Assembly (NCBI GenBank): GCA_964016885.1
Contig: CAXHJY010001327.1
Location: forward strand, 1-64,000
Length of the DNA stretch: 64,000 nucleotides
Direction: 5' to 3'
Source of the DNA: Eledone cirrhosa
Lineage: Eukaryota
The number at the start of each line of letters is the position of its first letter. Position 1 is the stretch's first letter. The position numbers were made by a program, and so were the translations under genes. Below, piece by piece: positions 29,821-44,980 of the stretch. The notes beneath the pieces are model-generated. The model did not search any database. It saw nothing but the letters and a program-made list of their open reading frames with translations, and was not told the DNA's origin.

Positions 29821-31147
29821 TAAACAATGAATAATAACAGGTAGACATCATAAAAAGGTAATTTATTCCGTGTGCTTACAAGTGTTTCCACGGTGGTACT
29901 GCAGCCTAGTTATGCTACGTGCAAATTCACAAGTACTTGCAGAACTCAAATATCCAATGTTGTGACCATTGTTTCCTCAGAGCAGAATGGTAAACTGTAT
30001 AATGTAAATACCCTTAAGTGGGGTTGTTGGGGAAGATAGAGTAGAAAAGGAAGAGAGAAAAGTAGGGAAGAGGGAGAGAGAAAGAAAGATATGCAGGGGT
30101 TGGAGAAGTAGGAGAGAGTGGCTTGTAGATATCTTAATCAAAATGTTATGGTAGGGGTTTTATTATACTGGTTACTTTTGGAGAGATGCGTTGATAGTTA
30201 AGGTCGGAATTATTTATTGCCCCAGAGGGCAGGTTCATAGATGTTGAGAGGGAGGTAGGCCAAAGGCGAGAGAGAGTGTAATGGATGTAGAGAGAGATAG
30301 GTAGAGAGGGGACAGACAAAGTTTGTGTGGTGAGTGAACTTTGGGTTTGTAGTAATCTAGGAATTGCACTGAGTTACCATGTATAGTGATAAGCAGTGTA
30401 TTGTCTTGTAGTGTGGGGGGAAGAGAAGGTTGTTAGCTAGAAAGTGGTGTTATAGTTACGGGTTCGAATGTTAAGTTATTTTATAGTGAGAGAATTTAGC
30501 TTTTAGTTTGTGGTTGCAGTATAATGATCGTTCAATTCTATCGTTAAGTAGTTTGTTTTTGGATTTTAATATGTAAAAGAGCTCAAGGTTACATAACCTG
30601 CAGTACTTCAATCCACTCCGATATGCACTTGCGCTGGAAAGTATATCCCATTTTAAGGTGAACTGTTGGTTGTGTTCACGGAGTTGCCAGGTCTTGTTGG
30701 CGAGCGTGGTCAGAAAACGGTGATTTGGATGTTTGATTGAGAATCGATGATGGTACCAGCGAGATTTAAACGATGTGGTGGTAGATCCGATATAATACCA
30801 TTTCTGGTCGTTCGATTCAACCGTGCATTGGTAAACAATGTTGGACTTTAGGCATTCATTCTTCAATGGACATTTTTCAGGTAGATGGCAGTTACATTCT
30901 TTGTTGTGGGTAGCGGGTACACCATGGATAGGTTGTGATAGCGGTACAGGTGGGTTGTGTAATACCCGTCTCCCATTTATTGGTTGGGAGGCAGATATTG
31001 CGTTCTGCCCATCTGTTACTAAAATGTTTTGTTTTGTAGAGTTGTTTAGTTGCCTTAAGTTAAGTTTTTTTATGTATGCTTCAAGGTTTGGTGCCGTGGA
31101 GTATGATAGTCTAATAGTTTTAGAGTTCAGAATTTTGCTGTATTTAC
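29821..31147 (-). mobile_element. 5'-truncated Naiad-type PLE (GIY-YIG end plus 3'UTR)
   Basis: Frame ending at 30471: CNC..CPL..CLKSNIVYQC..YIGST..R..CRLC; hammerhead-like motif at 29873-29984 (tgct CTGAGGA..GAAAC actt GTA agca). Confidence 0.85.
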
Positions 31148-31160
31148 ATATATATATATA

Positions 31161-31727
31161 TATCATCATCATCATCATCATCAGGTTTAGCGTCCGTGTT
31201 CCACGCTTGCATGGGTTTGGACGGGTGTTTTCCCACTTGAGGCAAGAGTGGTTGTCTTGCTCGCATAGGACTGTCTGGCGGGTTTTCTACAGTTGGATGC
31301 CCTTCCTAACACCAACCACATTTACAGTGTGGGGCTGGGAGGTTTTTACCGTGTTGCCTACACGGCCACATTACAGCGTGGACTGTCTGGCGGGTTTTCT
31401 ACAGCTGGATGCCCTTCCTAACACCAACCACATTTACAGTGTGGGTCTGGGAGGTTTTTACCGTGTTGCCTACACGGCCACATTTACAGCGTGGACTGTG
31501 TGTTTTTTGTCGTGACACCTACACGATCTCATTTGTTTCGGCCTGGATGTTGTGGGACCAACATAACTTTACATTGGAAGGGGCGGTGTGGATGGGGTGG
31601 AGGTGGTGGGACGGGGGGGGGGGGGGGGGGGGTGTTTTGATAGAGATGCCTACTGACTATAGTAGGTTTTTACTTTGTATTTAGGTAAGGCGGGTCTTCT
31701 CTATTACTGAGTACCGCCAAAGGTCTC
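31161..31727 (-). mobile_element. RTE family B 3' end with a ~112-bp internal tandem duplication
   Basis: Matches the reverse complement of ~27153-27598; 31269-31380 is duplicated at 31381-31498. Confidence 0.85.
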
Positions 31728-31949
31728 TATATATATATATGTATACATATATATAGTTAACCAAGAACTCCTAAGACCTAACCAACAACCAACGACTTAA
31801 TTTATAAAATTTAAAAAAAAATTAAAAAAAAAAAAAAAAAAATTTTCTAATCAGGAAATAAATTTGTTGAAAGCACAAGTGAAGCCATTTTATTTTTTTT
31901 CTCCCCCCTGTCTTAATATACCTAACTGTACCAAGGATTACACACATTT

Positions 31950-33214
<1,265 letters not shown>

Positions 33215-33254
33215 ATATATATACATATATATATATATACATGTATATATATAT

Positions 33255-33292
<38 letters not shown>

Positions 33293-33293
<1 letters not shown>

Positions 33294-34332
33294 CTCTGGT
33301 GAAATAAGTAGCAGCAAGTGCCCACAGAATACTAACTCTTTCAATTGCGCAGAGGGTTCTATAGAAATAGTGGACAGCTTCCGTTACCTGGGTGACAAAA
33401 TCAGCAGTGGGGGAGGGTGCTCTGAAAGTACAGTAGCTAGAGTCAGAACTGGATGGAAAAAGTTCAGAGAGCTTATACCACTATTAGCCGCTAAAGGGTT
33501 CTCCCTAAAAATGAAAGGCAGGTTGTATGATGCCTGCATACGGACAGCAATGTTGCATGGCAGTGAGACCTGGGCATTGTGTGCAGAGGATATACGCAGA
33601 CTAGAGAGGAACGAAGCTTGCATGCTCCGCTGGATGTGTAATAGTAATATACGTGAACGGCAAAGCATAAACGAACTAAGGGAAAAATTAGAAATAAGAG
33701 GGATCAGATGTTGTTTACTCGAGAGAAGGCTACATTGGTTTGGTCACGTGATGCGCATGAAAGACGACAGCTGTATAAAAAAGTGCAGGGCAATAAAGAT
33801 AGACGGTAGCCACGGAGTAGGCAGACCCAGAAAAACCTGGGACGACCTGATAAATTCCGACCTCACACACTTACACCTCTCCAAGACAATGTCACTGGAC
33901 CGAGATCTTTGGCGGTACTCAGTAATAGAGAAGACCCGCCTTACAAAGTAAAACCTACTACAGTCAGTAGGCATCTCTAACAAAATACACCCCCCGTCCC
34001 ACCACCCCCACCCCATCCACACCGCCCCTTTCAATGTAAAGTTATGTTGGTGCCACAACATCCAGGCCGAAACAAATGAGATCGTGTAGGTGTCACGACA
34101 AAAAAAAACACACAGTCCACGCTGTAATGTGGCCGTGTAGGCAACACGGTAAAAACCTCCCAGCCCCACACTGTAAATGTGGTTGGTGTTAGGAAGGGCA
34201 TCCAGCTGTAGAAAACCCGCCAGACAGTCCTATGCGAGCAAGACAACCATTCTTGCCTCAAGTGGGAAAACTCCCGTCTAAACCCATGCAAGCGTGGAAC
34301 ATGGACGTTAAACGATGATGATGATGATGATG
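33293..34332 (+). mobile_element. 5'-truncated RTE family B
   Basis: Highly similar to 26546-27598. Confidence 0.9.
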
Positions 34333-34858
34333 ATATATATATACATGTATGTATATATATATATGTGAAAAAATGGGGAGAAGAATACTGCAGGTTGCAC
34401 ATGGATAACATGTAATAAAATAAGTCCCTCATCAGTGATTTGCCGACGATCATAGATATTTCATTGCATTAAAAATCATATACCTCACGTCGGTGCAATA
34501 ATAACTAAATTAAGTTATTAGGACAATTATAACGCGTAAAGCGAGTGAGACAAGATAACAACAAAGAGGAGAGCTAACCGAAGAAGGAAGGGAACAAGCT
34601 TCATAGTTATTCTGTTAGCATAAGCTAGGTGAATATATGAGCGCTTAGAAAAAAGACCTTTCGGGAACGAATTCAAATGTGAGAAAGAGAGAAAATGTTT
34701 TCGTCGCGAACGGGGTGAAGTGAGAAGAGGAGAAACAGTGAGTGAGTGGAAGTGTGAGGAAGAGTTAACTGACATGACAGAGGGGGTGAAAGAAAGTAGG
34801 AGAAACAGAGAGAACGAGGGAGCAGTAAGAGAGAGAGAGAAAAAAACAGAATCGCAAT

Positions 34859-34905
<47 letters not shown>

Positions 34906-35000
34906 TATGTATGTATATATACATGTATCATCATCGTTTAACGCCCATCTTCCACGCTTGCATGGGTTTGGACGGTATGTATATATAATTATATACATAT

Positions 35001-35086
<86 letters not shown>

Positions 35087-35496
35087 TTGAAAAAAAAAAA
35101 GGAAAAGAATGACTTCACTTGTAGTTCTAAACAAATTGATTTAATTTTATATTCTAATATTATGAGTTGGTAGAACTAGATCTACCAACTCAAACTATTA
35201 TAAAATTAAATCAAATTGTTTAGAACTACAAGTGAAGTCATTCTTTTCCTTTTTTTCAAATATACCTAACTGTACCAAGGATCTCACACATCTTCCAATA
35301 TATATATATATTCTTTATCATTAACATTAATATAAAAAATAGTAATCGTCTATAATTATTTCCAAGTTTTTTAAAGAAGGACCTCAAATTTCATATAGCT
35401 AAGGGCTTCAGCAGGTGTCCAGCCCTACAGAAACCGTATCATTTTTGCCACTGTATGAGATTTAAATAGAAACAAAAAAAAAAATGGAAATCTCAC

Positions 35497-35573
35497 TGCA
35501 GTTGTAGGTGGTTCCTCTTTAATCACAGGTTTGGTACAGGTATTCTTGGTCTTGGTTTTCTTTTTCTTACAAT
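35497..35573 (-). CDS. Candidate 77-nt host-gene exon (xCKKKKTKTKNTCTKPVIKEEPPTTA)
   Basis: Minus strand ttctaac-ttccttttctttag acceptor and GCA|gtgaga donor; open in phase 1, stop in phase 0. Confidence 0.55.
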
Positions 35574-35987
35574 CTAAAGAAAAGGAAGTTAGAAATTATC
35601 ATTAAAATTACAACCTGAATAACTTTTCAAAAACATATTTAAATAGCCTCCCATATATATATATATATATATATCGATAACATTGGCAGCTTCTATACAT
35701 CGTCACCATCATCGTTTAACGTCTATTTTCCACGCTAGCATTGGTTATATATATATATATATTATAGTGGTGGAACACTGGAAGGTAATATCCGTAATAG
35801 TAGAGCACTCAGTCCATGGGGCGAATTTGGTAGAAGTAATAACACAACAGTTAGTTCACCATACCGAGAACAATTGTTCACCTGAGTGGATCTTCAGCTC
35901 GGACTGGTAATGGTACCAGTCCGAGCTGAAGATCCACTAAGGTGAACAATTGTTCTCAGTATGGTGAACTAACCTTTGTGTTACTTC

Positions 35988-36020
<33 letters not shown>

Positions 36021-36450
36021 AAGGACGATTTGTTATGTCTTCATTACGTTTATTGAGTAGTGACACGTATTTCGCTATTGATCAGCTCAAGGTTTGATCT
36101 GTATTGATCTAGCCCGACTCTGGAATCAAAAGCTCGCGTCACTACTCAATAAAGGTAATAAAGACATAACAATTCGTCCTTTGATTATTATTATTACACT
36201 GTTTAATTCTACACCTCGTTAGACGGGAAACTAAGCATCGAGTGCTCACTCGGGTGAACCTACAGTAACTGCCCGTTACACTCCCTAGATATATATATAT
36301 ATATATAAAGGTTAAACAAGGTTCAATGAATAAATCAAAGAATAAAGTTTTACAATAGATTAGAAGCACTCCACAGTCGGAAATGGTTTTCCGGAGTTAT
36401 TAATATTAATTCAAAATATTAATAAAAATAGACATTCGTGTGATCAAGTA

Positions 36451-36517
36451 TATTTTATTATACATATTTCAGAGGTACTGAGCTATTATCAACAGTACGT
36501 CCTCATCAGATAAAATA
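36451..36517 (-). ncRNA. Type I hammerhead ribozyme, related to 913-975
   Basis: tattttat CTGATGA ggac gtactg..cagtac ctct GAAA tatgt ATA ataaaata; perfect 8-bp stem I. Confidence 0.72.
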
Positions 36518-36809
36518 AGATGATGCATGACATACCCTGACTAAGTAGATGGTTAAAATTCAGTCATGGCAGTGCTAATAAGCTTGAAACTAGTACATCG
36601 TTTCTTTGTCAGTGTTGAATAAAAGGGCAACAATGGTTGCTAAACACTGTACGGCTTTATTCGGGATCTTTGTTTACAAACAAACTGAGCATTATAATAA
36701 ATGTTCGGTAAATCCATACGTACATTATATATATGTGTGCATGTATGTATATATATATATATACATACTACTGTACGTCTGTATACATACTTATATATAT
36801 ATATAGATA

Positions 36810-37047
36810 TATAGGCATCTCTAACAAAATACACCCCCGTCCCACCACCCCTTTTAATGCAAAGTTATGTTGGTGCCACAACATCCAGGCCGAAACAAAT
36901 GAGATCGTGTAGGTGTCACAACAAAAAACACACAGTCCACGCTGTAAATGTGGCCGTGTAGGCAACACGGTAAAAACCTCCCAGTCCCACACTGTAAATG
37001 TGGTTGGTGTTAGGAAGGGCATCCAGCTGTAGAAAACCCGCCAGACA
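36810..37047 (+). mobile_element. RTE family B 3'UTR fragment
   Basis: Similar to ~33968-34226. Confidence 0.8.
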
Positions 37048-37049
37048 TT

Positions 37050-39207
37050 ATTAAAAGATTGTCAACATATTTTAGTTTGATGTAAGGAATGTAGAGAATA
37101 ATAATAATAATATTAATGTCCGTTTATAATTGTTTCACTACTCCATATAATATTTCTGGATCAAATGATTATATATCATTATTGATCTGGTTCAGTTGAA
37201 AATAATTAACATCGGTAAAGATAGAGCAGCTCATCGGAACTTCAAAGGAATATAAATTAAAATAAGGAAAGAATGTTACATAAATGTAATGTTCCATATA
37301 TTGGTATTTCACTATGGTGTCCTGGGTATATCAATTGTCTGCCATAGTCGAGCAGTATTCTTCTGTCGAGGCTGCATATGGGTAACAAGATGGCCGCCAA
37401 TGGACATATTTACCTTACTAATTAGAAGGTGGTTTCAGGGGAAGTAACTCCTCGAGAGATTAGAAATTGTGGGTAGTTTATAGTTAAGTGCTAATATTTT
37501 AATTTTTTAATTGAGAGACAATGTAAGGGAGGTAACTTATAATATCTAAGTTGTAGCTAATAAGTTATATAGCTATAAGTAAAAATGGGGCTAGATGACT
37601 ATGTTGGGTCAAATATTCTGTTGGCGAAGGAATTAGCCCTTCGATGTTGACAGCTAATGGTTACCTCCGTTCTATCGTTAATCGGTAGAGGTCGTGATAG
37701 AGTTATGTAATATGCTTCGGTAAGACAGAGGTCACATGATTTTCTTCGTCCATTGAACGGTTGGGCTCTAGCCAAGATATCCCATGTTAGTGAGGTTCAA
37801 TGTTGGTTAATTTAAGGTTTTTAATGAGCCTAGCTAGAGATGTCGAACATCTGTTGATAGGGTCTCGGAAGGAAAAAGTGCGCGTTATAGCGTACCTTAA
37901 AAGGGTTAGATGTAGACCCGATACAGGAGCTGGTATGCAAAGCAGTTTTAATCGTGCACCTATAGACTATGTTGGGTGTCAGGCAGTGTCCATTTAGTGG
38001 GCATGCATTAGGGTAACGGCAGTTGCAGTTACTTCTGCGGTTAGTGAGAGTAGGGTAGTTTAACCTAAGCGGTTGGTCAGTGCTAGAAGGATTAGATGGG
38101 GGAGGTGTGCTGCTAGAGTAAGTAGTGGCGTGGTGTATTTGATGGGGGGAGGGGGTACCACTGTGTGGGAGTTCTACTGTCTTAGTTTATGATGGTTACT
38201 GAATGCGATGTGGCTAGCTAGGTTAGGTGTTGTGGAGAATGAGATTTTAATGTTATTTTTATTAAAGAGTTTGTAATATCTATGGTTCGGGGGGGGGGAT
38301 GTTTAGATAGGATAGAGAAGCGTTTAGGGATATTAGTGGCTAGATTGGATGAGAATGGAGGGGGGGGGGTTAAGCCAGGTGATATTTCTAGGCCTATTCC
38401 TTCTAGGGTTCTAGTGGGGTTGGTAGGGGCCTTCCTAGGGTTATTATTACTTGGGCATTTGTTATTTGTCATCCCATTGCTCATTCCTATTAAAGGGTTG
38501 ATTTTTAGTTTACTACTTGGAGTGGGAAGCAGGCCGCTGCCACCATTAAGGTTCCCTGTATAGGTGCTGTAACTGCTAACATTCCGGCGAATCTGGCTAT
38601 AAGCTAAGGTATTTCTAGTTCTAGTGTTAAGTTTATTATGGTGAGTTGCTGTGTTATGGCATTTAGGTATGTAGTAAATTGATTGTTCATAACCAGATTC
38701 AGAAAGAGCCTTATTATAATATTGTGCATGGTTTATAAATATCTCCTCATTTGCTGATAGCATTGAGATCCTATAAGAGATAGATTTGATTACTGCTCTG
38801 ATGACTGCTGGTGAGTGGTTAGAGTGTGGGCTAATATATGTGAGTATTTCACCTGGTTTATGGTAAGGGTAATATAGGTTATTGTTAAGATCCAGGGTGA
38901 CGTCTAGGAAGTTTACTACCTTATGGTTCGGTTCGATGGTGATAGAGAGACCGTTATTTTTAAAGAATCTATGTAATTGTTTTTTGAGCAAATCAATGCC
39001 CCGATTAGTGCAATTGTGGACTGCAAATAGGGCGTCGTCCCTGTATATCCGCCTTGCAAGGGTTGGATTTCGGCTCTGATGTTACGTAATAGGTAAATTC
39101 CAACTAAATCGGTGATTTACGCAGTCACTTGAGCCCATCGTGATGTCAAAGTTCTCTGTTCTGTCTTTTCTAGTCCAGAGTGCTCCGTTGAATTCAATGA
39201 TGGTCAA

Positions 39208-39211
<4 letters not shown>
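37050..39211 (-). pseudogene. Decayed 5'-truncated Naiad-type PLE
   Basis: LYRDDAL and NFLDVTLDL (38218-39050); CNCRYPNACPLNGHCL..IVY..IGST (~37870-38040); frameshifts; degenerate hammerhead at 37122-37240. Confidence 0.85.
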
Positions 39212-39263
<52 letters not shown>

Positions 39264-39267
<4 letters not shown>

Positions 39268-42209
39268 GATGGCTATGACAGAATCCATGGAGGCTATGGG
39301 TTTGGTACTAGAAATGAGGAAGGCTCCAGAATCCTGGAATTCTGTGACACAAATAACCTAACTATCTGTAACACTAACTTCAAAAAATGAGACAATCACT
39401 TGATCACCTACAGATCAGGGGAACACGCCAGTCAGATAGATTATATCCTTACCAGAAGACGAGACAGAGTGTCTGTTGTAAACACTAAATCCCTCCCCCA
39501 TGAAGAATGCACCTCCCAACATAGACTGATAATTAGTGACCTCATAGTCAGGATGAGACGTACTCGACAACGGAGAAGGACTATTCTCAGGAGAAAAATA
39601 TGGAAGTTAAAGGACCCCACAACCAGTAATAAATTTAAAAGCATATTACTTGATGCTTTTGACAGTAAGGAAGAGCATTTAGAGTCGTACAATATAGAGC
39701 AACAGTGGGAATTCCTGAATGCTAACCTGCTGAAGGCCTCAGATGAAATCTGTGGCTGGAGCAGGCCTATAGGCAGGAGGAGAGTAACGTGGTGGTGGAA
39801 CAGTAATGTGGAGGAGTCAATTAAAGCCAAAAAGCAGGCTTGGAAAGTATGGCGGGATGGGGGAAGTAGAGAAGGCAATCAAGTGGCCAGGAGGGAAGCT
39901 AGGAGACAAGTGTACTTCGCAAGAAGGGAAGCAGAGGGAAGTTCAAGCATGTTCTACAAGGCGAGGACCAAAAACGTGAGGTGTTCAGGATTGCTAGGCA
40001 ATGTGTCAAGGAAAACCGTGATATTGTCAAGGAGAAGTGTGTCCTTAATGATGATGGTGTACTTGCCATCACTGACGCTGATAAGAAGGTAGCCTGGAAG
40101 TGTCACTACGAAAGGCTACTAAATGAGGAGAATAAATGGGAGAAAGACAGTCTCCCCCATATCGATCCATTAGAGGGACCAGCAGTGCCAGTTGAAGGTA
40201 GTATAATAAGTAAGGCAATCAAAGATATATACGGGTAAGGGGGCTGGGCCTTCGGAAATAGTTGCTGAAATGCTGAAAGCATCTGGAACAGTGGGACCCA
40301 CTATGGTCACCCGGATAGTAAACCAAGTCATACAGAATGGGGCCATTCCGAAGGACTGGCGTAGCAGCATCATCATTAACTGCTACAAGGGTAAAGGAGA
40401 TACCCTAGATAGGGGTAACTATAGAGGCATTAAATTAATCGACCAGGTCATGAAAGTCACAGAAAAAGTAATAGCGCAACTAATCAGAGAGAGAATTGAT
40501 CTAGATGAAATGCAGTTCGTGTTTGTGTCAGGTAAAAGTACCACAGACGCTCTTTTCATTGTACGACAACTACAGAAGTACCTAGCTAAAAGTAAACCCC
40601 TAAACTTAGCTTTTGTTGACTTGGAGAAAGCCTTTGACAGAGTCCCCCGCTTCATTATCTGGTGGGCTCTTAGAAAACTAGGTGTTGCTGAATGGCTTGT
40701 GAGAGCTATACAAGCCATGAATAAAGAAACAGCCAGCAAGGTTAGAATTAACAATGAATATGGTGAAGAGTTTAGTGTAAGAGTTGGTGTTCATCAGGGC
40801 TCTGTTCTTAGGCCCCTACTATTTATTATTGCCCTTCAGGCTATAACAGAGGAGTTCAAGACCGGCTGCCCATGGGAAATCCTATATGCAGATGATCTAA
40901 CGCTCATAGCTGAATCAATGGCTGAATTAGAGAAGAAATTCCAAACATGGAAGCATGGCCTAGAATCAAAAGGCCTTAAAGTTAATTTGTCCAAGACTAA
41001 AGTTCTAGTTTGTAGGAAGGAAAATAGGGCACCGGTCCCATCTGGGAAATGGCCATGCTCAGTGTGTAGGAAAGGAGTAGGCAGAAACTCCATTTTATGT
41101 CCCAAATGCAAAGTATGGGTGCATAAAAGATGTAGTGGGATGACAGGTAAGCTAACTAAGAATATAGATTTTATATGTGGCCGGTGCTCTGGTGCAATAA
41201 GTAGCAGCAAGTGCCCACAGAATACTAGCTCATTCCATTGCACAGATGGTTCTATAGAAATAGTGGACACCTTCCGTTACCTGGGTGACAAAATCAGCAG
41301 TGGGGGAGGGTGTTCTGAAAGTACAGTAGCTACAGTCAGAACGGGATGGAAAAAGTTCAGTACTATTCAGTACTATTGGCCGCTAAAGGGTTCTCTCTAA
41401 AAATGAAAGGCAGGCTGTATGATGCCTGCATACGAACAGCAATGTTACATGGCAGTGAGACCTGGGCATTGTGTGCAGAGGATATACGCAGACTGGAGAG
41501 GAACGAAGCTTGCATGCTCTGCTGGATGTGTAATAGTAATATATGCGAACGGCAAAGCATAAACGAACTAAGGGAGAAATTAGAAATAAGAGGGATCAGA
41601 TGTTGTTTACTCGAGAGAAGGCTACGTTGGTCTGGTCACGTGATGCACATTAAAGACGACAGCTGTATAAAAAAAGGGCAGGGCGATAAAACTAGACGGT
41701 AGCCACGGAGTAGGCAGACCCAGAAAAACCTGGGACGACTTGATAAATTCCGACCTCACACACACCTCTCCAACACAATGTCACTGGACCGAGATCTTTG
41801 GCGCTACACAGTAATACAGAAGACCAGCTTGCCTAAGTACAAAGCGAAACCTAGTCAGTAGGCACCTTTAACAAAAATACACCCCTATCCCACTACCCCC
41901 ACCCCATCCACACAACCCCCTTCAATGTAAAGTTATGTTGGTACCACAACATCCAGTCCGAAACAAATGAGGTCGTGTAGGTGTCACGACAAAAAAACAT
42001 GCAGTCCACGCTGTAATGTGGCCGTGTAGGTAACAGTAAAAACCTCCCAGTCCACACTGTAAATGTGGTTGGTGTTAGGAAGGGCATCCAGACGTAGAAA
42101 ACCCGCCAGACAGTCCTATACGAGCAGGACAACCAATCTTGCCTCAAGTGGGAAAACTCCCGTCCAAACCCATGCTAGCGTGGAAGATGGACGTTAAACG
42201 ATGATGATG

Positions 42210-42215
<6 letters not shown>
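39264..42215 (+). pseudogene. Decayed RTE (family B-like), APE C-terminus to 3' tail
   Basis: Fragmented frames 39400-40092, 39981-40238, 40270-41400 (YADD, PHD) and 41346-41702; (GAT)n tail. Confidence 0.92.
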
Positions 42216-42272
<57 letters not shown>

Positions 42273-43129
42273 ATATATGTATGTGTGTGTGGGGAGGGGG
42301 GGGTGTTTGTGAATGTGTCTTGACATTTGGAATATAGCTTAAGAGAAACTTGAAGAAAATGGTATGATAGGCACTCAATATTTTGAACTGGTCTATAGAA
42401 TTCTCTAGGCCTTTGTCACTCTTAGTAGAACCTTAAAGAATTAGCTTTTAAAGAATTTCCCTTTTCTTTAAATCCATCAACCATGACTGACCCCTCAAGA
42501 TCTGAAATATAGGCAGTGGGAGCGGTGGGGGCATATTGTCTATATGCTTCCCAGGTCTTCTTGGGTCTCCCCACTCCGAAGCTTCCATCGACTTCTAGTG
42601 CTCTGCACCTTTATAAATATATATATCCTTACCATGAGGGGCTTCTCTCACAATATTGAACATCATTCCACACACCACCTTACTCAATAAAACCAGTAAT
42701 AGAGTACTTCACAACAGATTCGGCAGTGCAGTGGCAATATTGAACAAAATAATTAAGGTTATCAATAATAATCAATATGATTAACAACCAATTGACCATC
42801 AAATCAATTAATAAATATATCAACACTTAATATATCTCACAAATTAATTATGATTACTAACAAAATTAATACAACTAACATCAAACAATCAATAAAAATA
42901 TTTTTAAAAGTATTGATATCTACCGAAACCAGCGCCAGTTTCACCAAAAGCTGAATTGCTAGTAACTATTACATAAATAAGTGTATATTCCAGCATTCAG
43001 TTGCATCATTAACCTGGAACCAGCATATAGATCTTCAGTGGACATTGTCCAGTAGAACAACACAGGGGAAAAAATAAGACATTTTCATTTCAGGTATTCA
43101 CCAAGCTGGAATTGACCAGTCCTGCTATA

Positions 43130-43380
43130 TATCATCATCATTTAACATCCATCTTCCATGCTAACATGGGTTAGACGGGTTTGTCCCACTTGAGGCAAGA
43201 TTGGTCGGGTGGCCATGTCTCGCTCGTACAGAACTGCTTGTGGCTGGTTTTCTATGACTGGACGCCCTTCCTAACGTCAACCACATTTAGAGTGTGGACT
43301 AGGAGCTTTTTTTTACCATGCCTCCTATATGATCATTTTTTCAGTGGGGACCAGGTGCTTTTTGTCGTGACATCAAGACA
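43130..43380 (-). mobile_element. Diverged RTE 3'UTR fragment
   Basis: (cat)n tail and cccttcctaac motif. Confidence 0.65.
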
Positions 43381-43954
43381 TTTTAATTTTGGTTTATAAG
43401 TACATTGTAATTATATATTGGCTCTGCTTGATAATATCATAGCATTGAGCTAAAATACATCTAATAGAGTAAAATTTACTCTCATAAATATTACTATATA
43501 TATATATATATATAGTATAGTCTGGTTCATGGATAACATAGGTTTGGTTTAGATTTTTCTAACTTTTAGTTGAGGCATGCTAACATGGAAAATAGATGTT
43601 AAACAGTGATGGTAATGATGATGATGATGATATATGTAAGGAAATAATCATGTGTTTAGAAGATAATGAGTGAATTTTAAAATTGAATTTGTAGCTTTTG
43701 ACATATTTTTGACAACAGAAAATAGTAAAATATAACAGGGCGTATAAGACCCTAGAACAGAAAAAAAAATGTTCAAATTACACCGCTGGTGGGCAAATTG
43801 GTGTAATTGGTAAGTACACTTATCCTGAAAATATTAGGTGTGGGTTTAATTCCTACACACACTGATGCCCTTTGTTTTGGGGGCTTATATGTCCTGTTAT
43901 TATTAAAATATTTTAGTAAAACACGAAAGATTTATCCGCTTGGGGTGAGGAGAA

Positions 43955-44073
43955 ACCTTTCATCCTTACGGAGTTGATAGAATAAAGTACCAGTAATACA
44001 CTGGGGTCGATTTAATCGACTTTCCCCTCCCTCTCAAATTGCTGGCCTTGTGCCTGTAGTAGAAACAATTATT
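43955..44073 (+). mobile_element. 3' part of a Deu/Nin-domain SINE
   Basis: cctttcatcct..gatagaataaagtaccag..ctggccttgtgcc..agaaacaattatt; related to 51978-52162. Confidence 0.7.
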
Positions 44074-44601
44074 AGACTATTTTCTGTCATCAAAAATACA
44101 ATGAAAACTACTAATTCACACACACACACACATGTATATATGGGAAAAGTAAATGGAAAACAAAATAACAGTACAATGGAGATATATTAGTCTAATGCTT
44201 GATATAGTAAGAAAAGAGTGTTAACGTTTTGGATGCTAGTCCTTCATCAGAAGATAGAAAAGAAATAAAAGAAGAAATAGAAAAATAAAGGAAAGTGAGA
44301 AAAGAAAGAAACAGAAAAAATCTTTTTTGAGAAAAAGCATGTGTGTTCAGTCAGCCATTTTAGGGAAGTGCTAATCAAAAGGTATCTTAGATATTAAAGA
44401 GGTTTTCAAAGGGAGATAATCCTCATACCTTTTGAGTGGATGTGATATTGTAGCCCAGATTCTATTTCCTATTGGAAACCTTTAACTTCACTTATGTTGC
44501 TGATGCCATCAAACCTCTAGTTAATGGAAAGATCAGGGTTTACGTAAAGTTTTTCAGTGTCAAAAAATGTGTTATTGCCACAGGTGAAACATTACACAGC
44601 C

Positions 44602-44861
44602 TCTCTGATATATCCTGGGACTCTCCTACCCAGACGTCTATCTCTGATATATCCTGGGACTCTCCTATCCACATGTCTATCTCTGATATATCCTGGGACT
44701 CTCCTATCCACATGTCTATCTCTGATATATCCTGGGACTCTCCTATCCACATGTCTATCTCTGATATATCCTGGGACTCTCCTATCCACATGTCTATCTC
44801 TGATATATCCTGGGACTCTCCTATCCACATGTCTATCTCTGATATATCCTGGGACTCTCCT
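44602..44861. repeat. 39-bp minisatellite, ~6.6 copies
   Basis: tctctgatatatcctgggactctcctatccacatgtcta. Confidence 0.95.
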
Positions 44862-44980
44862 GTTCCCTGTTCTAGTTCTACAATCTTCAACACTCTACTA
44901 TCTCACCATAGAAAACATTCAATGTCACATTCAGCTGTCAATAAAACCTTTGAGTCTCCCACAGCTACTACCTGAAGCCT

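Noticed and set aside
36520-36600. Additional intact hammerhead
   Set aside because: The 3' half (GAAACTAGTACATCG) is present but no CTGANGA core is positioned correctly, so it is treated as decayed
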